In this document: positions 48,870 through 62,761 of the stretch, one piece after another
Layout of the letters: each line of letters begins with the position of its first letter
Position numbering within the stretch: position 1 is the stretch's first letter
Assembly: GCF_963921235.1 (NCBI RefSeq)
Contig: NC_086123.1
Location: forward strand, 20,584,001 to 20,648,000
Length of the DNA stretch: 64,000 bases
DNA from: Mobula hypostoma
Lineage: Eukaryota
Direction of reading: 5' to 3'
Position numbers and translations under genes: made by a program
Notes under the pieces: generated by a model
Seen by the model: only the letters and a program-made list of their open reading frames with translations
Told to the model about the DNA's origin: nothing
Databases searched by the model: none

Positions 48870-51800
48870 GTAGTTTCTAAACATTCACTATTTTTTTTTG
48901 TTAATGTAACAGATATCTATGTTTTAACGGCATATTTAGTCAGTTTACCCTTATTCAAATAAATAAATTGAATAAATGTGGACGGATTGTATTTAATCAC
49001 AATTTTGTTTTCAGACCCTTTCATTCTCTAAACTTCTGTACCAGTCATTTTTTGAATATAGCGTAGGCTTTTTAGCTTTCTAGATGTTTGATCAGAATTG
49101 TCAGAAGTATGGTTTTCATTATCATCATTAAAGGTAAAATCTTAAGATTTTTTCCTCATCTCTCTGTGTTGTTTTTGTTTGACGTCTGATGTAATAGAAA
49201 TAAAACTAAACTTTCAATAGCTTAAATGATTTCTTTTAATCCTATAAATTAATCATCCAGGTGGTGGGCAAAATAATCTGGTTTTCAGGTCAGCTGTAAT
49301 TGCTGTAATTAATCATGCTATATTATGTGATTTTGTTTCATAATGCTACATATGAGTATGTTAAGCAGTGAAGGAAAATGAAATGTTAATTAATGTTTAA
49401 TCATGAAAAATGCTATCTGTACTTTGCAGCATTTGGAAAAGCAATCCATGCCCTTTCCCGAATTGGCGATGAATTATGCTTTGATCCTTTGCAAAACGGT
49501 GTAAGTTGTAGAAATTAACAATATGTTTATGAGCCTTAACTTTTAGGAAGTGTTAAAATTGGATAAAAACATACTCTTTCTTTCAGAATGTTCTGATTTT
49601 AATCTTTTCATATATGTAGTGGTCTCTTAATTATTGCATTGTGGGGTGGGTGCAATGGATGACAGATTGGCTAAACTTTCTCCTGCTGGTTCAACTTAAT
49701 AGGTAGAGGAATTGGGACCAGAATTGACCCAAGTAAATAAATCGTATTAAAAATTTTACTTCAATAGTCATGCAGGTTAGGAGGGAAATTAAATAAACCA
49801 TTTTCTTGTTCCCCTTTCACCATCATGGAGCATTTTAAAATCTTTTGAGCAACAATCAGCTAGACTGCTTGCCTGAGGACTTTGGTGATGATATATTATA
49901 TGATATTTTCTTTAGTGTAGGGCAGGAATTTGAACAAAGGCGTTTTTAAATTTCTTTGCTGCTTGTTGGCATGTTCAGTACTTCGTCAAAGTACTTTCAT
50001 AACTTAAATATCTTCAAGGTATAGTGGCTCAGCCATAATATCAGCTGTTTTATGACTCTGATTGGAAAACACTATTTATATTAAACTATTCCAAAGGGGG
50101 TTGGCACTGAATTTCATTATGGCTCAGGACCTTCAAAAGAGAAACAAAGATTAAATTACATTTAAAGAAGAGAAAAGAAAATTGATAAGGGATCACTTCC
50201 TTAATTTTGAAAAATGGCAAACTCCTTTAAAATTTTAGACCCCGAACATGAATCTTTTTAAGTAAAGTAATTGTTTTTCCTATTTAATAGGTCAAAGAGC
50301 TTTGAATATTCAGTTGTATTCTAGAATAGTTAATCATTATTGTTTTTTTTTCCCCACAGCTTGCACTGAGATCAGTTAATTCTTCTGCATCAGCATATGC
50401 TTGTTTTTTATTCTCCCCCCTCTTCTTCCTGCATTATAGTCAGGATAACAAGCAGCAGCAAGATTGCACTGAAGCTGAGGTTGTACCCCTCAACTGTAAA
50501 CTAGCAGTTAAGGTACAGTTTGTGTTTTCACAGCCTACAGGTTAAAATGGTTGACAGAGACACCTAAATAGTATTTTTATTTAAACAAGATTTAAAGAAG
50601 ATGACAACTAAATAATATTTTTATTGAAATAGAATTTAAGTGCATTTCTTAATACACTGTGCAAAATTTGTTCAGTGGAAAGATATGTCGGTACAACATT
50701 ATGTTAATATTGTTTCTTTGGTGTTAGCTGGAAGGCAGAAAATCTGAGATGTTAATGTTAGACCAAATGCATGGTCTTTATTCAGTTTATAAGAATTCTA
50801 TTGGCTTGAATACAGTAATGGAAATCACAATATGCCCGCTCTTGTGGTGAAATATGGAATTGCCTAAGTTGGAAAATAAACTTCTTAATCTTTATTGTCC
50901 TTTATTTAGAAGGCAGCAGACTGATCATCTTGGTGTCACTGATGTCTAAATTCAAACCATATTCAGCAAGAATACAGTTTACACTTGTTACTGAACGTTT
51001 TCATTTCCTCGGTAACTTACCACAAAGTAATATCCCATAAAATGTGGCTTTGCAATCCTCTGTATTCCACTGATAATGCACTATTTATGTTTTGCTCTCA
51101 TTGCTTGACATAATTTAGTAAAGTGTGAGCAAATGTGAAAATGCAGAAGTCTTCAAATACAATTTTTAAAATAATCATTGAATTCTTACAAGCCTGATTC
51201 TATTGGGCAAAAGCATTATTTAAGAGTAAATTTCTTGCCCATATTTTGCTCCCTTTTAAGAGCAGCTTGAAAATGATTTTGTATATGTTCTTACCAGTGT
51301 CTTGTTATAGTTTTCAAATCATACTAATGATTTGATAGGAACCTGTATTTGTAATCTACCTTTCAAATGACACACATCCAGAACGCACGTTACCGAGTTT
51401 ATTCATTATGATAGATAATTTTATTACTCTTGGCTCTCTGGGCTTTTTTTTCTTTTTTATTTAGTATATTCTTCCTATGTTTCGATGCCTAACTACACTA
51501 GAGAGGAGTGTGGAAAAATGCAAGATTTATGTAAATTCAGAGGACTGCCGAATAGTTTTTCAGTTCTGCTGTAAACATGGTAGGAAAATAGTTAATTAAT
51601 CTGTCTTTAGATTTAATTGTAACTAGTTTTATGATTTTGTAGAGGTAAGGATAGTATTGGTAATTAATACTAGAGTAGATGCAATTTATTATGAAATGTA
51701 GAGAGATGTGATGGTCAATTCATACAAAGCAATTTTCCACAGATAAATGATTTAATGAGTAAGATATTTTTAAATACTGTTGGCTGATGTCCAAATATAA

Positions 51801-54800
51801 TGAAAGGAAGACTACTTGTATGGTATGACCTTTTTCACAATCCTGGTTCACCCTGAAGCACCTTGCAGTCATTGAGGTATTTACTTTTTGTGATTGGATA
51901 TCTGTGACTAGTTGTGTTCTACAGGGTTTAGTGCAGGGACATGTGCTATTTGTAATATCATAAATAAATTGGATTTGGTCGTAGGAGACAAGATCAGTAA
52001 GTTCACGAAGATCTGTGGAGTTGTTGATAGTGTGTAAGAGGGTAAATCAGAAATCAAAGGTGCAAAGGAACTTGGGAGTCCTTGTGCAGGATTCCTTAAA
52101 ATTTAATTTGTATGTTGAGTCAACGGTAAGGAAGGCAAATCCAGTGTCAGCACTCATTCAAAATTCAAATTCAAAGTAAAATTTATTATCAGAGTACATA
52201 CATGTCACCACATTCAACCCTGAGATTCTTTTTTTTTCTGTGGGTATTCTTTTACCTGCAAATATAAATAAATAGCAATAAATAACAAGAGCATGAAATA
52301 ACAAGATAAAGAGTCCTTAAAATGAGATCATTGCTCGTGGGAACATCTCAATAGGTGAGTGTAGCTATCCTCTTTTGTTCAAGAGCCTGATGGTTGAGGG
52401 GTAGTAACTGTTCTTGAACCTGGTGGTGCAAGTCCTGAGGCACCTGTACCTTCTGCCTGATGGCAGCAGCGAGAGAAAAAGCATGGGCTGGGTGGTGAAG
52501 ATCTTTGATGATGGATGCTGATCATGTCAAGAGAAATAGAATATAAAAGCAAAGATGTAATGCTGAGGCTTTATAAGTCATTGGTCAGACTGTACTTGGA
52601 GTATTGTGAGCAGTTTTGGGCCCCTTATCTAAGAAAGAATGTGATGGCATTGGAGAAGGTCTAGAGGAGGTTCACGTGAATGATCCCAGGAATTAAAGGG
52701 TTTGATGGCTCTGGGCCTGTACTCACTGGAGTTTAGAAGAATGAGAGGGGATCTCATTGAAACCTATCGAATATTGAAAGGCTTAGATAGAGTGGATGTG
52801 AACAGGATGTTTCCTATAGTGGGGGAGTCTGGGACCAGAGGGCACAACTTCAGAATAGAAGGACTTCCCTTTAGAACAGAAATGATGAGGAATTTCTTTA
52901 AGCTGAAGTGGTGAACCTGTGAAATTCATTGCCACAGATGGCTGTGGAGGCCAAGTTGTTGTACATATTTAACGCAGAGGTTTAATGGATTTTTGATTAG
53001 TAAGGACGTCAAAGGTTATGGGGAGAAAGGAGAATGGGGTTGAGAGGGATAATAAATCAGCTACGATGAAATGGAGAAGACTTGATGGGCTGAATGGCCT
53101 AATTCTGCTCTTGTGTCTTACGATCTTATGTTGGTGAGATGGGCTGAGAAATGGCAGATGGAGGTTAATCCAGATATATGCGAAGTGATGAATTTTGAGA
53201 GTACTAGTGAGGGTAGGATGTACATCAAGAATGGTAGTGTGGTAAGGCGTATTGAGGAACAGAGGGATCTTGGTGTACAAATCCAAATATCCTTGGAGAT
53301 GATAGTGCCAGTGGATTATGTGGCTAAGAAGGTATACGGGATACTGGCCTGCATTAGTCAGAGCACTGAATGCAAGAGCATGGAGGTTATGCTCCAACTC
53401 TGTATCTTATTGGTTGAACATTACCTTGGAGTGGAAATCGTCAAAAGTTAACATGATTGAGGTATATACAATTGAAGGGTATAGAGCAAACTGCAGGAAA
53501 CTATACCCCATATCAGAGAAAACTCGAGGACATAGATTTAGGGTCAGGGTGAAGAGATTTAGAGGGAATCTCTGAATAGGAGAGGAATGGAAAATCACCA
53601 CCAGCCCTGACAGCCTCCAGTGCACCTGTACCCACAGTCACTGTTGCAGATGTCAGATCAGTCTTACGGGAGAGTCAATCCATGAAAAGCATCTGGCCCA
53701 GGTGGAGTTCCTAGTAGGGTCCTTAGACCTTGTGCAGATCAGCTGGTAGGGTATTTGCAAACATTTTTGACTCCTCCCTACTTCAATCTGAGGTTCCCAC
53801 TTGCTTTAGGAAGACCACTATCATCCCAGTTCCAAAGAGAAGAAAAGGTAATGTTCCTTAATGCCCAGTGGTTCACTGCCCAGTTCCATCATGAAGAGCT
53901 CTGAGAGGCTGACCATGGCCTACAGTAGCCCCAGCCTCTCAGAAAGCCTTGGCCCACTGCAGTTCACCTACTGACAAAACAGGTCCATGGCAGTCACCAT
54001 CACCCAGGCCCTATGCTCATCTCTGGAACAACTGGATAGTAAAGACACCTATATCAGACTACTATGTATTGACCACAGCTCCACCTGTAATACCATAATT
54101 CCAAGAAAATTAATCTCCAGACTACTATTAGATAGGAGCTGCTGACTCACAATGGGAGGTAACTTCCATCTTATTGTAGTAATACTGCCCCATTCATTAG
54201 ATAAAAACTGTACAACCAGAATCTAAGTATCAAGTAATTGATGCACTTTATTTCTGGTAAGAAATAAGCTGTGAAAACTTATAAGGCAATTTATTCTTGT
54301 AAAATACTTTATTAAACAATGTAACATCCATTAGTACTTTAAAATCATCTGAACTATCCATTGGATTTGGGGCATTCTAATTCAGTACCATTAAATCAGT
54401 GTTCATGTTAATCGCCCCCTCATTGAAAGTATTAAATTCTGAGAAATCAGTTTACGACTGTGTTCAGGAATGGAATCCTTGTGAAGAATATCTGCACTTT
54501 GCATACACTGCCTGAAGCAGTTTTGCTAGTCAAAGGAGGCAATTGGGTGGGTTTAATACCAGTGGATCCCCACTGGTTGGCATAGGCGTGATGGGCCAAA
54601 TGGCCTGTTCCCATGCTTTATGACTTTATAAATCTATTGAAGAAATGTAGGTACTGTCACAATACAGGGAATGCACAGCATGCCAGATGAACAGCAATGT
54701 GAAAAGACTGTTTAATCTATTTTACTGAAGTTAATTAAGAGATAAAAGATTTGCCAGCACTGGGGATATCTATGCTCTTATAAGCAATGCCATTTTAAAA

Positions 54801-57196
54801 ATTCCCCAACAGGGGCATGACTAAACAGTTTAGCTAAAAGAATAGTACCTCACAACCCTCTCGATAATTCATTGGAGTATTTTCTAAAATTTGTGCTCCC
54901 AGTCTTCAGAATGGGAATTCAGCTGACAGTTTTCTGATTTGAAGATGGAAGTGTTGCCAATGAGCTATGGGTGGTCAAGAAAGCATGAGAACTCAGTTTA
55001 GCATCTTATATGAAAACTGGCACTGTGATCAGGGAGCATTTACTTATTAATACTTAGAAACATCAGCCTAGATTATGTACGGGTCTCCAAAGTGATGCAT
55101 GAGGTCATGACGACACTTCCAAGGGTACTTCATTTGCCGTGAAATGTTAAGGAGTATTCTGAGCTTGTGAAAGCTACACTTGGTAATTGCGCATTTTATT
55201 TCTGTTAGATTCTAGAGATAAAATTACGCGTCTCTGTTGCATAATCCGTGAGAAGATGTCAGTCTGTCAAATGATATCTTGAACTTTTTATTTTACTTTT
55301 TCACTGGATCTTGTTCCAAATAACTTTCTATGTTGCTGCTTGCAGGAATTATTAAAGCTCACCATTTGGCATTTCAGGAATGTGAGTCCCTTCAGGCTGT
55401 GTTTTCGACGCACTTAAGCCCAAATATAGTGCGATGTCATGCAAGGTAGGAACTACTGTACCTTCCAGCTGGAATAAACTTGTGGGTGAAGGAGAACATT
55501 ATTATTATCAAGGAAATTTAAGATGAATAGCAACAGACTTCATGTGGTATTTTAGTAGTTCTGTAAGTTGGGAAGTTGACAGACAAAAATATTAGCTGAA
55601 GCATTCCAACATCCCTAAAGGATCTGGCACACAAACACTGAGATAATTATTTCTTTATTAACATAATAGCTGTAAATGATAAGATGTTTTATCAATGCTT
55701 CAAAACAGAAACAGACCCTAGACTGAAACACTACTGGAAGAACAACAGATGAAATTAAATTGGTAAATTGATTTATGTTGTCACATGCACTGAGGTAGCC
55801 AGCTGCTGGTGTAGTGGCATCAGCACCGGACTTGGAGGTGAGTGGTCCCAAGTTTGAATCCGTCTGGCTCCTTGCACGCTTTCCATCCGTGCTGGGTTGA
55901 GCGTTGAGCTAGCAACTTGGCCTTGTGAAAAACAGTCAGATGCTATGGAGAAGGCAAAAAATGCTGCTGATGCACCACAAGGCGTGAGAAGGAACAACAA
56001 TCTGCTGAGGTATAGTGACTTCTGTTTCCCCATCCCCACAGGTGATTTCATCACAACAGTGCAGCGAGATAGCACAAGAGAAAGAACGCAGAATAAAGTG
56101 TTATTGTTACAGAGAAAGTGCAGCTGTAAACAATAAGGTGCAAGGTCATAAAGAGGAATGTTGAGTCCATCTTATTCATATAAAACGGGGTTTAGAAACT
56201 GTCCTTGAACCTGGCAGTATGTGCTTTCAGACTTTTGTATCTTCTGAGGGGAGAGAAGTGAGAATGCCGGTGTGGGTCAGATCTTTGATTAAGTTGGCTG
56301 CGTTACCGAGGAAGTGAGAAGTGCAGATAGAGTCCGTGGGGGGAGAGGCTGGTTTCTGTGATGTGCTGAGTTGTGTCGACAACTCTGTAGTTTCTTGCAT
56401 TCACGGGCAGCACAGCTGCCACACCAAGCTATGATACATTAGATAGTATGCTTTTATGGTGCATTGATAAAAATGGGTGAGGACCAAAAGGGACATGCCA
56501 TTTTTTTTTTAGCCTCTTGAAGAAGTAGAGGAGCTAGTTACCTTTCTTGGCTGTGCCATCTACATGATTGGCCAGCATAGGCTGTTGATGATGCTTACTC
56601 CTAGGAACTTGAAGCTCTCAGCCCTCTTGACCGCAGCACCGTTGACACAATGAGTAGTGTGTGTACCAGAAGTCAGTGACCAACTCTTTTGTTTACTTTA
56701 AGGGAAAGGCTGTGGCCATGACACACGTCACTAGCCTCTCTATCTCCATCCTGTACTCTGACTCATCATTATTGAGATACGGCTCATTATGGTGGTGTAA
56801 TCTGCAAGCTTGTAGATGGTGTTGGTCACACTGTCATGAGCGTAGAGGGAGTAAAGTAGGGGGCTGAGGACGCAGCATTGTGGCACACCAACGTTGAGAA
56901 TAATCGTGGCGGAGGTTTTGCTGCCTATCCTTATGGGTTGCAGTCTGTTGGTCAGGAAACCAGGGATCCAGCTGCAAGGGGAAGCGTTGAGTCCCATTCT
57001 AGGAGTTTGGAGATGAGTTTGCTTGGAATTATAGTATTGAAAGGAGAAAACCTTAAAACAAAGTAATTCATGTAATTTAACTTTTAAAGGCTTCTCTCTG
57101 ACATAGCCGTTCATTTTCCAATGTCTCAAGAAGAAATTACTTTGACCGTAACTCCTTTGAAAGTGTTGTTCAAGAGCTATGTAGATGAAGACAAAG
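48836..57196 (+). CDS. RAD9B: Cell cycle checkpoint control protein RAD9B (9-1-1 clamp), join(48836-48869,49430-49500,50360-50512,51465-51579,55346-55445,57090-57196); continues beyond window
   Basis: [26 protein letters not shown]...[22 protein letters not shown]...[14 protein letters not shown]...[11 protein letters not shown]...[11 protein letters not shown] is Rad9 family. Head-to-head with VPS29, as mammalian RAD9B. Confidence 0.93.
49430..49500 (+). CDS. RAD9B: RAD9B exon 2 ([24 protein letters not shown])
   Basis: tttgcag| and |GTAAGT; 71 nt. Confidence 0.95.
50360..50512 (+). CDS. RAD9B: RAD9B exon 3
   Basis: ccccacag| and AAG|GTACAG; [23 protein letters not shown]...NCKLAVK. Confidence 0.95.
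51465..51579 (+). CDS. RAD9B: RAD9B exon 4
   Basis: tttag| and G|GTAGGA; [23 protein letters not shown]...CKH. Confidence 0.95.
51900..53575 (+). mobile_element. Nested CR1 fragments with an inserted Rex/Babar 3' piece (about 52160-52520)
   Basis: ORFs [19 protein letters not shown] and [11 protein letters not shown]. Confidence 0.85.
55346..55445 (+). CDS. RAD9B: RAD9B exon 5
   Basis: ttgcag| and AG|GTAGGA; [20 protein letters not shown]... Confidence 0.95.
55800..56000 (+). mobile_element. Second tRNA-derived SINE family (other copies about 1190-1420 and 15105-15165 on -)
   Basis: GGTGTAGTGGCATCAGCACCGGAC head; shared CTTTCCATCCGTGCTGGGTTGAGCG core. Confidence 0.7.
56005..57042 (-). mobile_element. 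Rex/Babar-type LINE RT/3' fragment
   Basis: ORF 56740..57129 [24 protein letters not shown]. Confidence 0.85.
57090..57196 (+). CDS. RAD9B: RAD9B exon 6
   Basis: ttttaaag| and G|GTAAGT; [35 protein letters not shown]. Confidence 0.93.
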
Positions 57197-58158
57197 GTAA
57201 GTTAATTTCAATCATTACTGTAATTCAAAGGAAATAGAGTTCAAATATCAGCTAGGGGAGATAATTCTCTTTTTAAATTCTGTCCTCACGTTGACTTTTT
57301 CTTGTTAATATATAGATTTCTCAAAAATAATGCAAACTGAAGTGAGCTTAAAACCCAGTGAGTTTGAATATCTGCAGGTTGGAGTTGACGCTGAGATAAC
57401 ATTCTGCTTGAAGGAGCTTAGGGTATGGAAAATTATTTTATTGTAGTACATTGATATTTCTGAATTTAGTGTTACAAAATCACATATTGTAAAATTCAAT
57501 GCAGTAGAGCCAAAATATAGACCAGCGTTCTGTATATCTGAATCACAGATTGCTTTTAATTAGAATATATATGGAAGGATTAGATACATTAAGAATACAT
57601 ATGTCGAGGAATTTTGTAAAAGACAGTTTTATTTTTTCCTTAAAACAAAGACCTTCTAATTCTATTCTCTTGTTACTTGCTTTCTGCAACACTTGCTCTC
57701 ATTATCCCTGAGCTTCAGGTCTCTACTGCTGAGACAGACAGACTGGCATTCATACTCTTTAGACAAACAAGCTTCCTAAGTGTAGAACTAGAATAATGGC
57801 AGCGTGTCCAAACATGCATGATGCCCAAGGGACAATTGTGAACTGAAATGGGAAAGTGAAACTATGATTACACCACAATGCTTTATGTAAATAATTAGTA
57901 TGTCACTACAGAAGTTTACGACATATTTAAAAATAATTCATAATTTTTACAATAATGACAATTTTAATTCATGGAAATTATGAATTATTTTTATGTACAA
58001 AGGTAAACAGCTCTCTTACACCACCATCATTTGCTCATTGCTCACCAGTTTAAAAAATACATCGGATAGCATAGATAATACATAGCCTTTTGTGGTTTCC
58101 TACTGATAATGGATAACCTCACTTGTTCCTACATTATACACGATCTCCCATTTACATA

Positions 58159-58386
58159 CGCAAACACGAGGAAATCTGCAGATGCTGGAATTTCAAGCAA
58201 CACACATAAAAGTTGCTGGTGAATGCAGCAGGCCAGGCAGCATCTCTAGGAAGAGGTGCAGTCGACGTTTCGGGCCGAGACCCTTCGTCAGGACTGCAGT
58301 TGATGTTGACAAAATGTCAACTGTACCTCTTCCTGGAGATGCTGCCTGGCCTGCTGCGTTCACCAGCAACTTTTATGTGTGTTGCC
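58159..58386. mobile_element. Penelope-like fold-back insertion
   Basis: Inverted arms GCAACACACATAAAAGTTGCTGG... / ...CCAGCAACTTTTATGTGTGTTGC; TSD ATTTACATA (58150, 58390). Confidence 0.85.
58260..58295 (-). ncRNA. Minimal hammerhead ribozyme motif (PLE-associated)
   Basis: Reverse complement reads AGTC CTGACGA A GGG TCTCGG CCC GAAA C GTC GACT; helix I extends to TGCAGTC/GACTGCA. Confidence 0.7.
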
Positions 58387-59159
58387 CCTATTTACATAGT
58401 TCGTCTATATCCATTTTTGCACCTTCAATGCCATTTATACTGTCAGTTAGCTTCATGTCATCAGCAAGCTTGGGAATGTTACATTTGATCTCAGCCAAAC
58501 TGTTGATAAAGATTGTTAAGCTAAAGCGCAAATTGCCATGGTAGCTTACTCAAAACAGCCTACCAGTCTGCGAAGGACCTTTTTATTTCTACCTTGTTTT
58601 CTATCAGTTTGCTGCTTCCATATTTCTTTATTATTCCCTTTGTGCGACAACCTTGTGTGGAAATCTTATTCACCAACCTTATTTTCAACAGGATTTTCAT
58701 GAGGTCCTTAAAGAACCCAAAAACTCAGTCACATTTCTTTCATAAATCCATGTTAACTCTGTTCAATTTTATCATTTTCTAATTGTCTTAACTTTACATT
58801 ATCTGTGATAGATTTTAGCATTTTTCAGCTACTAAAACCAGGCTAACAAAGCTCAGGGTGTTTGTACTCTCTCTGTATTAAATAGATTTGCTAATCTACA
58901 ATATACACCATTCCAAAACCTATAGAATTTTGGAATATGGTAACTGGAGCATTCACTTTTTCTATTACTGTCACCTACAAGACTGAAATACAGATATTTT
59001 TGTTCTTTAGATTTATCATTTTTCACACACTCCAATTAGAATTTTCTTTGCTAATACTAATTCCCTTTACTTCCTCATTTGCATTAGACCTTTGGCTTTC
59101 CAGTATTTATGTGAAAATGTTTTTGTAAGCTACAGTGAAACAAAATACAAAATATTTAA

Positions 59160-59324
59160 AAACGAGGAAATCTGCAGATGCTGGACATCCGAGCAACACA
59201 CACAAAATGGTGGAGGAACTCAGCAGGTAGCATCTATGAAAAGGTGTGCAGTTGATGTTTTAGGTACTCTTTTCCGTAGATGCTGCCTAGCCTGCTGAGT
59301 TGCTCCAGCATTTTGTGTGTGCTG
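59160..59324. mobile_element. Penelope-like fold-back insertion (older)
   Basis: Inverted arms; TSD ATACAAAATATTTAA / ATACAAAGTACTTAA. Confidence 0.78.
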
Positions 59325-59731
59325 ATACAAAGTACTTAATTCCTTTGCCGGTTTTGTATTCCCCATTTTAAATTCTGCTGCCACTGTCCTTTACAGTCCA
59401 ACATTTGTTTTTACTAGCCTTTTTGCCTTTATTTACTGAGAAAACTTACAGTCTGCCTTATGTTTCTCATTAGTTTACTCTTGTATTCAAGTGTGATTGG
59501 ACTGGTTTTCTTGTTTGTTTATCTTCCTTAAAGGAACCCAGTTTGTCCTGGCAAAATCCAGTCTGGGATTTGGCAAGGGCATTATCAAAGAGAATGTACC
59601 ACTTGATAGCACAGTATCGATAATTTCTATTATTTTGCATGTGATTGAGGGGAGACTGAGTGTTAACTATTGGGATAGGAATTGACCTTTTTAATGAACA
59701 AGAATGTATTTGGACATTTTTCAACAGTATA

Positions 59732-60244
59732 CAGTACTGTGCAAAACTCTTAGGCACCCTGGCTATATATATGTGCTTAAGACTTTTGCACATATTTGTC
59801 AATGTTGAGCGGAGAGTGAGTTTGTAAATCTAGCAGGAGCAAAGCATGTTGGGAATAGTGAGGGTAGAATTTCGCGGGAGGGGTGTGGGACAGTTGGCAG
59901 AGGAAGAGCACTGGGGCGGGGATTGGTGTGGGTGCAGACACACCCAGTCCTGAGACACCAGGCAGGGTCATTTGATTCCAAACAATTAGTTCATTGATCA
60001 TAATAGAATGTCTCTCTAGTGCATCTCGCTCCCTTCTCTCCCTTCCCCTTTTCCCAACCACGGTTTCCCTCTCCATGCCCCCTTCCCACTCTCAGTCCAC
60101 CATAGAGACCCATTTCAGAATCAGCTTTATCATCACTCACATATGTCATGAATTTTTTTCTGGCAGCAGTACAGTGCAATATATAAAATTACTCCAGCAC
60201 TGTTCAAAAGTCTCAGGCACATATATATAGCCAGGGTGCCTAAG
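59732..60244. repeat. Repeat bounded by inverted CTTAGGCACCCTGGCTATATATATGTGC..AGACTTTTG modules (MITE-like); internal part also at about 39740-39950
   Basis: Left and right ends are reverse complements; begins TA-CAGTACTGTGCAAAA. Confidence 0.65.
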
Positions 60245-61554
60245 TAGCATGGCTAATGGCACAACTTATTTTGGAGTACAAGTCTTTAGCGATGCATACA
60301 AGATCTTGTCTGTAGTCCAGGAATCAATTACCAGCTCTTTTGTTTTGCTGATGTTGAGGGAAAGATTGTTGTCTTGACACAGTTTCAGAAGATTTTCTAT
60401 CTCTTGTCATCATTTAAGATTTGGCCCACTATAGTGGTATCACTTCCGAACTTGTAGATGGAGTTAGAACAGAATCTGGCCACACTGTCACAAGTATTAA
60501 AACTTTGAGATGTATTGTGTACCGCATAATTTTTACTGTCAAGTATAACCAACAGCACTCTTAGATTTACGCTCAAAGATATTGATCGTAAAATGCCATA
60601 TTAAAATGTGTATTGAAAGAAAAATGTCACATCTTGGGTACCCTGAGGCAATTGTTTTGATTGTATAGCATTGTATGTTGAATGCTTTATTTATTAATGC
60701 ACTAGATAAAACAGATAATGACACTGTACTGTCAAGTGGTAAGAAAAATAACATGGTTTCTTGGGATCCTGAAATGGAAAAATATCAGGATATCTCCTTT
60801 TTAGCAAGGTAGCGTTGAACAAAAGAGAAAAATAACAACTTGAATGTTTAGTTGGAAGAATTGGCGTGTGCATCCAGGCTATTTTATTCAATTTCCAAAA
60901 GTGCTGCAGGTGATTTATTTGTAAGTTACTTGCTCAGATGGAATTCAGAGTGGATGACACATAATGATTCAGAATGTGGCAGAATTTGAAAATCCAGAGA
61001 TAGCAAGCTACGTAATGATATCAGCCTGTGCTGAAAATGGGATTGAAAAGGATGCTAATTATTGCTGACTGCATGAAGCTGCTTGCTGATGTCTGTGGAG
61101 CAGCTCCCTGAGGAGATTGGTCTGAAATAGAGTGTTTCTGTGAGGCATTGTGAATAAGGTTAAAATTAAGCTTTGTATTACAAGGTAGGAGACTTTTTGA
61201 TTTTTTGCTAGTATACTTTATACTGACATTACGGCTTTCTTTTAATTATGTAGTTTTTGTCATTTTAATTAATACCCACAGGAGTAAAGTAACAAATGTG
61301 TTAAAGCTCCTTTTTTAATTATCCTACTTTGCATATTTCCAACCAAACCCTGGTATTTAAATCAATATTTGTCATTTAGAATTGAATTAATGCAAGCTAT
61401 TTTAAGCTTCCACTCCATCTAAAGGAGTGACTGGTATGGAAATGTTATGGTGGCACCTTAGATATCTTTTTGATGCCTAAGGCCCTCTTAAGTTAATTTG
61501 AGTAGGCCTTTCAATTAATATTGTATAAAAGAAATTGCTTTCTTAGTCATGTTA

Positions 61555-61795
61555 GCTATGCGACAGTTCTATGGGTGAAAATGTCTTGTTAATGAGATAG
61601 GTCAGAGGAGAACGGCCAGACTGATCCAAGATGACAGGAAGGTGACAATAACTCAAATAGCCACCTGTTACAATAGTGGTGTGCAGAAGAGCATCACTGA
61701 ATACATAATGTGTAGAACCTTGAAGTGGATGGGGTTCAGCAGCAGAAGACCACAACAGGTTCCACTCCCGTACCTGATGAAGTGACCACTGAGAG
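61555..61795 (+). mobile_element. Tc1-like non-autonomous fragment
   Basis: Degenerate HTH-region coding (QKSITE..TLKWMGFSSRRP); terminus ...AAGTGACCACTGAG. Confidence 0.6.
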
Positions 61796-62483
61796 TATTT
61801 GACTTGACTTTTGTTAGTCTGAGCTTTTGTGAAAAGAATGGCAACATATTTACAAATTCTAAAAATTTTGGAGCATAAAGTCACAAATTTCAAAGCTGAA
61901 CAGAGTTCTGTTCTTTCGACTTTTTTATTCATCTTGTGCTTCTTTTGACATATCATTTATGTGGAGGAGCTGCCTTTATTTGTGACTGGCTTTCTTCATT
62001 AAAAAGAGCCAAAGTTTCCTATTTTGGAAAAGGCTTGTAGATTTCACTCTAGTGAAAACACGTTATTAGCAAAAAATGCAACATGATGGATAGCATTCTT
62101 CTAATGGGCTTGATAATTTTTGACTGGCGTGTAGTCAGTTATATTGTAAAACAAGTAATTTATACATGTTAGAACTGTGTAATTAAAAATGTGAGATAAT
62201 TGTTTTAAAGTTAGCGAGTGGGCTGGAAGATGTTACTGAACTTCCTCAGCTGGGGATAAATTGGAGAGGCAGGATTTAATACATCAGCAGAGCTGCCACA
62301 GTAGTGGCCGTATCAGTAGTCTCAGTCGATGACAGATCCTTACTGCGGAATTCGACGGGAACCCGGCGACCTCTGTCATCAACAAAAACAACAGGAATTC
62401 TGCAGATGCTGGAAATTCAAGCAACATACATCAAAGTTGCTGGTGAACGCAGCAGGCCAAGCAGCATCTATAGGAAGAGGCGC

Positions 62484-62519
62484 AGTCGACGTTTCAGGCC
62501 GAGACCCTTCGTCAGGACT
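62484..62519 (-). ncRNA. Minimal hammerhead ribozyme motif (PLE-associated)
   Basis: Reverse complement reads AGTC CTGACGA AGG GTCTCGG CCT GAAA C GTC GACT. Confidence 0.7.
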
Positions 62520-62761
62520 AACTGAAGGAAGAGTGAGTAAGGGATTTGAAAGCTGGAGGGGGAGGGGGAGATGCAAAATGATAGGAGAAGACAGGAGGGG
62601 GAGGGATAGAGCCGAGAGCTGGACAGGTGATAGGCAACCCCTTTTGCCTATCACCTGTCCAGCTCTCGGCTCTATCCCTCCCCCTCCTGTCTTCTCCTAT
62701 CATTTTGCATCTCCCCCTCCCCCTCCAGCTTTCAAATCCCTTACTCACTCTTCCTTCAGTT

